From Patescibacteria group bacterium (GTDB lineage: Bacteria > Patescibacteriota > Patescibacteriia > Patescibacteriales > UBA12465): a DNA stretch of 64,000 bases. Below, piece by piece: positions 55,336-62,769 of the stretch; position 1 is the first letter of the stretch, and every line of letters begins with the position of its first letter. The notes under the pieces are model-generated. The model searched no databases. It was not told the origin of the DNA and saw nothing but the letters and a program-made list of their open reading frames with translations. The translations under genes were made by a program, and so were the position numbers. The stretch covers positions 128,576 to 192,575 of the forward strand of contig JBAZZR010000001.1 of NCBI GenBank assembly GCA_041658665.1. The letters run 5' to 3'.

Positions 55336-55355
55336 CGAATCCCTTCCTCTCCGCA
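55336..55355 (+). repeat. attR-side copy of the 20-bp direct repeat
   Basis: CGAATCCCTTCCTCTCCGCA is identical to 40688-40707. Upstream sequence does not continue the tRNA T-stem. Confidence 0.9.
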
Positions 55356-55363
55356 GTTTGTAA

Positions 55364-55388
55364 ATAGCCCTAAACATGGGCTATTTTT
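55364..55388 (+). terminator. Displaced original tRNA-Ser terminator
   Basis: ATAGCCC-taaacat-GGGCTAT followed by TTTT, 8 nt after the attR repeat. Confidence 0.65.
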
Positions 55389-55392
55389 AATA

Positions 55393-55426
55393 GGAGGTTT
55401 ATCACTTTGGAACGTCATGCTATAAT
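55393..55426 (+). promoter_or_regulatory. Promoter-like motif copy 1 (GGAGGTTTAT-N18-TATAAT)
   Basis: GGAGGTTTATCAC...TATAAT (55421-55426), 20 nt upstream of ATG 55447. Copies at 60576 and 62106 have the same spacing. Confidence 0.5.
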
Positions 55427-55446
55427 ATTAACATAAATATTTATAT

Positions 55447-56055
55447 ATGAAAAAAAAGATTATTTTATTTTTACTACTATCGATTATTCTTATAGCTGAA
55501 GTATATTATTTATTCGCCAAAGGTGATTTTAAAATTACTAATAATTCTATTGAATTTTTTCAGGGTAGTATAACTAGTAGAGATGAAGAAAATAAAATAT
55601 CCGGACTAACAAGTTTAAATGAATCTAAGACAGATCCTAAAACTGGAGTTACTTCCATTTCAGTTGAAGAGGGCTCTCTTTTTATAGAGCCTATTGAATT
55701 AACTCTGCACGATCGAAAGGTTTATTTTGTAAATAAAAGTGACAATAGAACAATCTCAATTCCCATAAATAAACCTACTAACTCGCAGATTACACCAGCC
55801 ATAAGTAACCCGTATATAAAATACCCATTTGTATTTTTTGCGTTTATTGATTTTATAAATACTAATAAGACTGATTATACAATTTTAGTTTATAACTTAA
55901 CCTCACAAAAAGAAACATTTCTTGATGTAGTGACTTGTAAAGGAGCTTTTATAACAGATGTTGCCTATAATGATGGTATTCTATATTGGAGCCAATATAA
56001 AACATGGTCTGATTCTTGCTCGGGAAATTTTAAGAAAAAAGTTAACTTAGACTAA
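55447..56055 (+). CDS. Hypothetical secreted/membrane-anchored protein
   Basis: 202 aa. N-terminal MKKKIILFLLLSIILIAEVYYLFA signal/anchor. Confidence 0.6.
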   Translation: MKKKIILFLLLSIILIAEVYYLFAKGDFKITNNSIEFFQGSITSRDEENKISGLTSLNESKTDPKTGVTSISVEEGSLFIEPIELTLHDRKVYFVNKSDNRTISIPINKPTNSQITPAISNPYIKYPFVFFAFIDFINTNKTDYTILVYNLTSQKETFLDVVTCKGAFITDVAYNDGILYWSQYKTWSDSCSGNFKKKVNLD

Positions 56056-56070
56056 TACTTCTATTAAAAA

Positions 56071-56100
56071 TCGTTCCAACTACGTCCCCCACTCTCCGCA
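56071..56100 (+). repeat. Degenerate tRNA-Ser 3'-end-like remnant (copy A)
   Basis: CGTTCCAACTACGTCCCCCACTCTCCGCAG. Its last 17 nt match the 3' end of tRNA-Ser(TGA) (63930-63947) at 15/17 positions by my alignment. It is 24/30 identical to the copy at 60509-60538 and is followed by a hairpin terminator. Confidence 0.55.
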
Positions 56101-56108
56101 GATTAAAA

Positions 56109-56131
56109 ATCGCCAATTTGGCGATTTTTTG
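56109..56131 (+). terminator. Hairpin terminator
   Basis: ATCGCC-aattt-GGCGAT followed by TTTTT. Confidence 0.6.
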
Positions 56132-56209
56132 TTATAATTTTTGTATAATTATGCCATTATAATATTTCAAACTAATTATAGTTAATATAATTAGGCATAC
56201 TATTTTATT

Positions 56210-57916
56210 ATGAAAGTTTTTACTTTTAAGATTGGTGGACCAGCTGGAGCCGGCATCACTTCAGCCGGTCTGATGTTTTCTAAAATTGCCGCCCGTTCTG
56301 GCTATTACGTTTTTGATTATATGGAATATCCTTCCATTATTCGTGGTGGTCATAACGTGATGCAGACTAGTGTTTCCGATGAACCGATTGCTACTCAGTT
56401 GCAGTCGACGGAATTTTTGGTGGCGCTTAATCAGGAAACTGCTGATCGTCATGTTGGTGAGTTGGCTAAGTCTGGTGTCATGCTTTATGATACGGACGAA
56501 AATATTGTAGTCAAAAAAGTGCCGACAGGAGCAATAGCGCTTGGTTTGCCTTTACATAACTTGGCCAAGCGTAGCGCTGGTAACATTATTGTTATTAATA
56601 CCGTCGCCCTAGGAGCATCTTTATATCTATTAGGAGGAGATTTAAAATATTTGCAAGATTTATTGAGTGAACAATTTCTTGAAAAGGGCGAGAAAGTATT
56701 ACGACAAAATCTTAATGCTGCTTCTCTTGGATTTAAATATGCTCAAGATAATTTTTCAAAATATATTACATTGCGTTTGACTAAGCGTAAAGGGAAGTCA
56801 CCCGCTCTGGTTATCAACGGGAATGAAGCTGCAGCTTTAGGATCTATTGCCGCTGGTCTGCAATTTGCTTCAATTTATCCAATGACCCCAACTTCCAATA
56901 TTTTACAGATATTGGCACCGCTCCAACAAGAATTTGGTTTTATTTATAAACAGCCGGAAGACGAGATTTCTGCTATCAACATGGCCATTGGCGCTTCGTT
57001 TGCTGGGGCGAGAGCGATGACTGCGACTTCGGGCGGCGGTTTTTGTTTGATGGCTGAGGGCTTAGGGCTCGCTGGTATGACGGAAACTCCAGTTGTAATT
57101 ATTGTTGGACAACGCCCCGAGCCAGCTACTGGTTTGCCGACTTGGACTGAACAGGGTGATCTCCGCTTTGTTTTACATGCGCACCAAGGCGATTTTCCGC
57201 GCCTAGTATTAGCCCCTGGAGATGTTACGGAAACTTTTCACTTAACCATGCAAGCTTTTAATTTGGCGGACAAATATCAGACACCAGTAGTAGTTTTGAT
57301 TGATAAACAGATTTGCGAAGGTCATGAAGGCGTGTCTCCTTTTAATTATGCTAAATATAGAGTTGATCGTGGCAAGTTTACGACTAAAAAGGTGGCTAAT
57401 TATAAGCGCTATGCTTTGAATACAGATGGAATATCTCGTCGCGCTCCGGCTGGTTCTGGGAATCATGTCATTGCCAACTCTGATGAACATACGGTTTTTG
57501 GTTATTCTTCCGAAGAGAGCTCTGTGCGCCAAGAGCAGATGAAAAAACGGATGCAGAAATTAATTACTTGTGAACAAAAAGATATGCCTGCGCCGACTCT
57601 GTATGGCCCGGCAAAAGCGGATTTAACTATTGTGTCTTGGGGCAGCAATAAAGGTGCAATTTTGACTGCTTTAAAAGAATGTCCGGGAGTTAACTTTTTA
57701 CATCTAACTTGGCTCAACCCCTTTCCAACAGCAGCCGTGGCTAAGATTTTAGGAAAAGCTAAAAAAGTTTTGAATATTGAAGCTAATTATACTGGTCAAT
57801 TGGGTGGTTTAATTACGGAAAAGACTGGCTTGGTTTTAGAGCATAATTTTTTAAAGTATGACGGCCGCCCTTTCTATCCTGAGGAGATTATTAATAAAGT
57901 TAAAGAATTATTATGA
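56210..57916 (+). CDS. 2-oxoacid:ferredoxin/flavodoxin oxidoreductase, fused gamma-alpha subunit
   Basis: 568 aa. N-terminal gamma-type domain (GGPAGAGITSAGLMFSKIAARSG), then an alpha domain (INGNEAAALGSIAAGLQFASIYPMTPTS). The ATGA overlap with the beta gene indicates coupling. Confidence 0.85.
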   Translation: MKVFTFKIGGPAGAGITSAGLMFSKIAARSGYYVFDYMEYPSIIRGGHNVMQTSVSDEPIATQLQSTEFLVALNQETADRHVGELAKSGVMLYDTDENIVVKKVPTGAIALGLPLHNLAKRSAGNIIVINTVALGASLYLLGGDLKYLQDLLSEQFLEKGEKVLRQNLNAASLGFKYAQDNFSKYITLRLTKRKGKSPALVINGNEAAALGSIAAGLQFASIYPMTPTSNILQILAPLQQEFGFIYKQPEDEISAINMAIGASFAGARAMTATSGGGFCLMAEGLGLAGMTETPVVIIVGQRPEPATGLPTWTEQGDLRFVLHAHQGDFPRLVLAPGDVTETFHLTMQAFNLADKYQTPVVVLIDKQICEGHEGVSPFNYAKYRVDRGKFTTKKVANYKRYALNTDGISRRAPAGSGNHVIANSDEHTVFGYSSEESSVRQEQMKKRMQKLITCEQKDMPAPTLYGPAKADLTIVSWGSNKGAILTALKECPGVNFLHLTWLNPFPTAAVAKILGKAKKVLNIEANYTGQLGGLITEKTGLVLEHNFLKYDGRPFYPEEIINKVKELL

Positions 57917-58767
57917 CTTGGCAAGATTATTTAACGCCCAATAAATGTAATTGGTGTTCAGGTTGTGGCAATTTCAGCATCTGGTCGGCTTTTGAGCGCG
58001 CCGCTTTAAAAGCGGGCTGGAATAATTCCAATACGGCTTTAGTGGCTGGTATTGGTTGTCACGGACACATTGTTAATTTTATTGGTTTAACTACCTTTGA
58101 GGGTTTACATGGTCGTCCAATCCCAGTTGCCTCTGGTTTGAAGATGGCTAATCATAAATTAAATGTTTTTGTCTTTACTGGCGACGGCGATTGCTTAGCA
58201 GAAGGTGGTAATCATTTTATTCACGCGGCACGCAGAAATCAGAATATTACTGTGATCATTCATGATAATGCCATCTATGGATTGACCGCCGGTCAGGCTT
58301 CACCACGTTCGCCCAAAGGATTGAAAACAAAATCAACGCCGGATGGTAATATCGAGGAGCCCATCCATCCTTTACGCCTGGCACTAGCGGCCGGAGCAAC
58401 TTTCTTGGCTCGAGTCTATGCCGGGAATATTGATGAATGTACCGATATTCTTATTAAGGCTAATAAACATGACGGCTTGGCGGTTGTCCAGATTTTACAA
58501 CCCTGTGTTACTTTTAATAAAGAATATAGCCATATCTTTTATCAAGAGAATACTTATGCGCTTGGCGATGATTATGACGCAACCGATAAAGTCGCCGCTT
58601 TTGTTAAAACTATGGAATGGGGAGCCAAGCAGATTCCCGTGGGGATTCTTTACCAAGTTCAGGAGCCAAGCTATGAAAGTCAGATACCACAGCTTCAAAA
58701 ACGTGCCTTAGTCGCGACCGCTGCCCAAAAACAAAATATTAGCAAAGTCTTAAAAAAATATTTATGA
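57913..58767 (+). CDS. 2-oxoacid:ferredoxin/flavodoxin oxidoreductase, beta (TPP-binding) subunit
   Basis: 284 aa. CNWCSGCGNFSI near the N-terminus and the TPP motif FTGDGDCLAEGGNH. Confidence 0.85.
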   Translation: MTWQDYLTPNKCNWCSGCGNFSIWSAFERAALKAGWNNSNTALVAGIGCHGHIVNFIGLTTFEGLHGRPIPVASGLKMANHKLNVFVFTGDGDCLAEGGNHFIHAARRNQNITVIIHDNAIYGLTAGQASPRSPKGLKTKSTPDGNIEEPIHPLRLALAAGATFLARVYAGNIDECTDILIKANKHDGLAVVQILQPCVTFNKEYSHIFYQENTYALGDDYDATDKVAAFVKTMEWGAKQIPVGILYQVQEPSYESQIPQLQKRALVATAAQKQNISKVLKKYL

Positions 58768-59228
58768 GCAAAAAGATTATTATCATCTATGCCAGTAATT
58801 CCGGATCTACTTTTTTAGTTGGCGAGATAATCGCTCATATTTTGGGTCGTAAACATCAAGTAGTTATGCAAAAGGCCGCGGATACTAGTCCAGATGATTT
58901 GTTAAAATATGATATTTTTATTCTTGGTTCGCCAAGTTGGAGTACGCCTGGCCTCGGAGAGGGTTTCCCTCAGGAAACAATGCTCGCTTTTATAAAGAGT
59001 TGTGCCGGTTTAGATTTATCTGGAAAACAGTGTGTAGCTTTCGGCTGTGGCGATTCTTCTTATACTTTATTTTGCGGGGCGGTTAATCAATTAGAAAAAT
59101 TTATGGCTGATTTAAAAGGCACCCGACTTATAAATTCTTTGCGCGTTGACGGCTATTTTTTTGATCTTCCAAAAAATATTGCCTTGGTAAAAAAATGGGC
59201 ACAGGCGCTATTAGCTCATATTTCTTAA
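58764..59228 (+). CDS. Flavodoxin
   Basis: 154 aa. N-terminal KIIIIYASNSGSTFLVGE (flavodoxin FMN-phosphate loop), later GSPSW and FGCGDSSY. ATGA overlap with the beta subunit gene. Confidence 0.8.
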   Translation: MSKKIIIIYASNSGSTFLVGEIIAHILGRKHQVVMQKAADTSPDDLLKYDIFILGSPSWSTPGLGEGFPQETMLAFIKSCAGLDLSGKQCVAFGCGDSSYTLFCGAVNQLEKFMADLKGTRLINSLRVDGYFFDLPKNIALVKKWAQALLAHIS

Positions 59229-59278
59229 TGTATTCGTTTTCTCTGATTTAACAGAACGACGTGATATAATAAAAATAG

Positions 59279-59887
59279 ATGAAATTAATTAAATATATAA
59301 CCAGGAATTATAAATTAAGAGATCATGTATTGATTGTCCAGTCTTTATATAAGAAAAATACTTCAATTCCGGAAATATACTATACCAATGTTGCCGATGT
59401 ATCTGTTAAAGGGCTAATGGATATATATATTGGACAGTTGGATTCCCAAAGTAATGTAAAAAGGTTACAAAAAGTTATTAATCAGCCTGGTTATATATCT
59501 AATAAAATTAAAGAAGGAGAGATTGCTGTTAAAAATTTGTATGATTTGCCCCTAAATTTAAAAAATAAAATCCCCACGCTTAGTAAAAGAGAAATTATAA
59601 AAATCATAAAAGAAGTAAGAAAAAGATTGTTTGAATTCGGAGGCTTTTTTGAATTTACTCATTATATTGGAAGAACAAATGTAAAGTTAACTCTGGTACA
59701 GATTAAAAAGTTAGGCAGTTTTCATGATCGTCGGAAGGATGCGTTTTTAAATAGTTTTAATTTTTTAAATATTCTTTTTGAAAAGACATTGAAGAATACT
59801 AAAATTGTTAATAAAAAATTGAATTTTTTAACTGTCGAAGAGATTATAGATTATTTTAATGGCCAGTATGAAAAATTTAAAATATAA
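59279..59887 (+). CDS. Hypothetical protein, possible truncated relative of the N-domain of the swivel paralogs
   Basis: 202 aa. SFHDRRKDAFLNSFNFLNILFEKTLKNTKIVNKKLNFLTVEEI aligns with identical spacing to paralog 5 (VWQDERKALIFKNISYTGFVLKELARRLKKPLEYFCYLSLSEV). It has no swivel His domain. Confidence 0.5.
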   Translation: MKLIKYITRNYKLRDHVLIVQSLYKKNTSIPEIYYTNVADVSVKGLMDIYIGQLDSQSNVKRLQKVINQPGYISNKIKEGEIAVKNLYDLPLNLKNKIPTLSKREIIKIIKEVRKRLFEFGGFFEFTHYIGRTNVKLTLVQIKKLGSFHDRRKDAFLNSFNFLNILFEKTLKNTKIVNKKLNFLTVEEIIDYFNGQYEKFKI

Positions 59888-60452
59888 ATCAGGCTTACCC
59901 GCTAATGCCAAGCTTGTCTTTACCGGAAAAATTTTTGAAATTTGGCAATGGGAACAAGAAATGTTTGATGGGACCAAGCAAATTTTTGAAAAAGTCTGGC
60001 GGGAACCAGGTGTAGAGATAATTGCTACTGTTGGAGATAAAATTATTATTGAGGATCAAGATCAGCCGGATCGTAAAAATACGATTAGTCTACCAAGTGG
60101 TCGTGCCGACCAGAGTGAAAATTTGCTGGCTGAGGCTAAAAGAGAATTGTTAGAAGAAACCGGTTATTCCTCAGAAGATTGGGTTGAACTTTTTAAATTT
60201 TGTCGAGATTCTAAGGTTCTTCACGAGGTCCAGGTTTTCGTCGCGCGTAATTGTCAAAAAATTCAAGATTTACAGCTGGACGCAGGTGAAAAGATAGAAA
60301 CTAGGCTTATAACTTTTGAAGAGTTGATTAATTTAACAGAGGAGCCGCGTTTTTGGGTGGCCCCAGAATTCATAAGTTTTCTATTAAGACTTCAAATTAG
60401 TAAACAAAAAAGGGAAGAATTCAGAAAGCTGCTTTTTTCGGATAAAGCTTAA
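59859..60452 (+). CDS. NUDIX hydrolase
   Basis: 197 aa. Perfect Nudix box GRADQSENLLAEAKRELLEETGY (Gx5Ex7REUxEExGU). Confidence 0.85.
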   Translation: MASMKNLKYKSGLPANAKLVFTGKIFEIWQWEQEMFDGTKQIFEKVWREPGVEIIATVGDKIIIEDQDQPDRKNTISLPSGRADQSENLLAEAKRELLEETGYSSEDWVELFKFCRDSKVLHEVQVFVARNCQKIQDLQLDAGEKIETRLITFEELINLTEEPRFWVAPEFISFLLRLQISKQKREEFRKLLFSDKA

Positions 60453-60508
60453 AGTATTGTAATTAAGAAACTATATCAATCGGATTTGACAGAAGTAAAA
60501 TCTAAAAC

Positions 60509-60538
60509 CGTTCCAACTGCGTTCCACCCTCTTCGCGG
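60509..60538 (+). repeat. Degenerate tRNA-Ser 3'-end-like remnant (copy B)
   Basis: CGTTCCAACTGCGTTCCACCCTCTTCGCGG. Its last 17 nt match the tRNA-Ser(TGA) 3' end at 14/17 positions by my alignment. It is followed by a weak hairpin plus T-run and a promoter motif. Confidence 0.5.
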
Positions 60539-60575
60539 ATTAAGACAGTTCTAATATTAGGGCTGTTTTTTAGTA

Positions 60576-60609
60576 GGGAGTTTATCACCGTAGAAAGGAG
60601 TGATATAAT
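60576..60609 (+). promoter_or_regulatory. Promoter-like motif copy 2 (GGGAGTTTAT-N18-TATAAT)
   Basis: GGGAGTTTATCAC...TATAAT (60604-60609), 6 nt before ATG 60616. Confidence 0.5.
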
Positions 60610-60615
60610 ATATAT

Positions 60616-61113
60616 ATGAATTCACAAATCGAGGCCACAACTAATATAAAAGATTTAGTCAAAGATATTAAGAGTCCCATAACCGTGGACTCCCTTATTA
60701 ATATTAGGGATTTAATGTATTCAAGGATAACAATACGGCCATATGACGACTCTACGAAAAAGCATGAAAAAGAAATAAGATGGAAAAGAACAGCCAGCGA
60801 AATTATTGATGATGGTTATGTGTATAGCGGAAAGGCTTGTACGGATTTAACTGTTTTGTTTATTGCTTTATGTAAAGCGCTTGGGTTAGAAACAAATTTT
60901 GTTAAAGTGACAAATGATGAAAAAGTCCATTCTATCGCCGAGATCAGATTGGATGACGGCTGGTATATATTTGATGTTTCAAGAAAAAATATTCCATTCA
61001 AGGGGTTAGTAACAAATGAGACGCCTTATCAAGAATGGAAATTATGGAAAAAAGGAAGAGACGCTTGGGATTTAGGGCTTATAGATTTCGAAAGTATTTC
61101 ACGAATTTCTTAG
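60616..61113 (+). CDS. Transglutaminase-like (Cys-His-Asp) domain protein
   Basis: 165 aa. GKACTDLTVLFIALCKALGL...VHSIAEIRLDDGWYIFDVS fits the transglutaminase-core C...H...D pattern. Confidence 0.7.
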   Translation: MNSQIEATTNIKDLVKDIKSPITVDSLINIRDLMYSRITIRPYDDSTKKHEKEIRWKRTASEIIDDGYVYSGKACTDLTVLFIALCKALGLETNFVKVTNDEKVHSIAEIRLDDGWYIFDVSRKNIPFKGLVTNETPYQEWKLWKKGRDAWDLGLIDFESISRIS

Positions 61114-61315
61114 TCTTTATATAAAACTATTCCAAAGTCAGGCTTATACCGCTAGCGATACCGCCATCAGGGAATATGAATTTAAGTTAAAAAATATTAA
61201 GAATAAGATTTTGACTCAGGCGGGGAAGAAATTAAGGGGCTTAAGTAGATTATTTATCAGAGGATTAATAAAAATGACCCAATTTTTTTGGGCCATTTTT
61301 TTATAAGAACAGAGT

Positions 61316-62014
61316 TTAAAAATCTAAATGTTCATTTTTATTTTTCATTTCCTTTAAAAGTTCTAAATATCCGGCGCAGGACTCCGGATTAACATAAGAT
61401 AGTTTTTTGACGGTATCAGTGAACTGAGTATAACGGTAATAACAACCGCTACGCTTCCAGCCGAATAAATCGAAATTTTTTTCGATGTTGCCTAGAATAG
61501 CCAAGATATTCTCTTTTAGTTCGCTTTCGAATTTAGAGTCGAGCCGCGAGTCAAAACCGCAAACACCAACTAAGGTACATAAATCGTTATACTCCTTAAT
61601 AAGAGAAAAGAGGTTTTCGGAGTTTTTAAATTCTTCCGACTGAAAATAGTTAGCGTATTCACATTCGCTGATTAAGTCAGGGATACTCGGTAAAGTTTCA
61701 TTTTCGATGTTCATGATTTTTTTGATTCGTCGGGATAATCCTTTATCGGATTCGGAAAAAAATATTTCTTGTAATTCTAAAATCTCGACGTTGGTCGTTC
61801 TTCCTTTTTGAATGGCTTCGACTAGGAGATCGAGGGTCGCTTGTATTACCTCGAAATTTAATGATTCACGCCGGCTGTAGAGAAAAAGAATTTTCCAGGC
61901 TTTGTTCCTAAAATAGGCTTGTTTGTATTGGAGCAGTTTATAACATACAAGGGATAGAATTGATAAGAGAAGAATGGCTAGAGCTAGAGAATAGGGGCTG
62001 GTAAGAGTTTCCAT
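61316..62014 (-). CDS. Hypothetical protein with an N-terminal membrane anchor
   Basis: 232-aa ORF. The N-terminus contains LALAILLLSILSLVCYKLL. Confidence 0.6.
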   Translation of the reverse strand: METLTSPYSLALAILLLSILSLVCYKLLQYKQAYFRNKAWKILFLYSRRESLNFEVIQATLDLLVEAIQKGRTTNVEILELQEIFFSESDKGLSRRIKKIMNIENETLPSIPDLISECEYANYFQSEEFKNSENLFSLIKEYNDLCTLVGVCGFDSRLDSKFESELKENILAILGNIEKNFDLFGWKRSGCYYRYTQFTDTVKKLSYVNPESCAGYLELLKEMKNKNEHLDF

Positions 62015-62105
62015 CTTAAGATCCTTTCATTGTTAAAGAATATTTATTGTTTAATAAATTAGATTAATATAGATAGAATAATTTGTCAAATTTAGTTTTT
62101 TAATC

Positions 62106-62139
62106 GGGAGTTTATGGCTTTATTATGGTATGTTATAAT
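62106..62139 (+). promoter_or_regulatory. Promoter-like motif copy 3 (GGGAGTTTAT-N18-TATAAT)
   Basis: GGGAGTTTATGGC...TATAAT (62134-62139), about 140 nt upstream of ATG 62278. Confidence 0.45.
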
Positions 62140-62277
62140 TTAGATATATAATATCGATATTAATTATCCTATATTCTAAATTCCGGAAATTTAAAAATGG
62201 GGTTGCTTATATTGGAATAAAAGGAGATACTTAAATGGATAGCCAATATTAATTAAAATAATACTATTGTTACCCTT

Positions 62278-62691
62278 ATGAATTATCGTAAATTTAAGAC
62301 CCAGCGTTTTTGGGGTCACCTTTTTTCTTTTCCTTTTATTTGGTTCCCGCTTCTGGCCTTGTTTATATTAGATATTTTGACCTCCGTTTATCAAGCAGTC
62401 TGTTTCCCAATTTACGGCTTAGAGAAAGTTAAGCGAGCGGAGTATATTTTAGTCAGAGATCGTAATAAATTAGCTTATTTAAGACCGCTAGAAAAATTAG
62501 ATTGTATGTACTGCGGCTACGCCAATGGTCTTCTGCTATACTTAAAAGAAATCGCGGGTCGAACCGAGAAATATTGGTGCGGAATAATGCATGAGAATAA
62601 ACCAGGCTTTAAAGTCCAAGCGAGTCAAGTTCAACAAAATTTTGCTAATTTTGGCGATGAGGAAGATTTTAAGAATAAATACTCTGTTTAA
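62278..62691 (+). CDS. Hypothetical membrane protein with a Cys/His cluster
   Basis: 137 aa. Hydrophobic N-terminal part (FWGHLFSFPFIWFPLLALFILDILTSVY), then CMYCGYANG...YWCGIMH. Confidence 0.6.
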   Translation: MNYRKFKTQRFWGHLFSFPFIWFPLLALFILDILTSVYQAVCFPIYGLEKVKRAEYILVRDRNKLAYLRPLEKLDCMYCGYANGLLLYLKEIAGRTEKYWCGIMHENKPGFKVQASQVQQNFANFGDEEDFKNKYSV

Positions 62692-62769
62692 GTTATTATT
62701 TTTTTGATTGAGCGGTTTATTTATGATATAATTAATACATATTAAGATTAACTTATTTATTTTAAATTT

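Larger units (their letters stand above)
40688..55355. mobile_element. ~14.6-kb integrated genomic island / degraded prophage or satellite-like element in tRNA-Ser(GCT)
   Basis: Bounded by a perfect 20-bp direct repeat of the tRNA 3' end. Cargo includes a recombinase, TerS/TerL, a ParB-methylase, a CI/LexA-like repressor, RusA and a type III R-M module. By eye it is more A/T-rich than the flanks, apart from its GC-rich right end. The displaced original tRNA terminator sits just after the attR copy. Confidence 0.85.

Noticed and set aside
55212-55355. A second, intron-containing or degenerate tRNA-Ser gene at the island right end
   Set aside because: Only the last 20 nt match the tRNA. There is no GGAGAGG 5' acceptor strand and no T-stem partner upstream, so this is an att duplication and not a gene copy.
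55107-55425. ORFs 55107-55418 (minus strand) and 55207-55425 (plus strand)
   Set aside because: They overlap each other on opposite strands within a GC-rich hairpin-rich block. They run across the attR repeat and a terminator and have low-complexity composition. I treat them as non-coding.
57913-58767. Alternative genetic code (UGA as sense, as in some CPR lineages)
   Set aside because: Well-supported genes terminate at UGA (for example 56210-57916 and 57913-58767, with ATGA overlaps), and homologous proteins end at expected lengths. The standard bacterial code fits.
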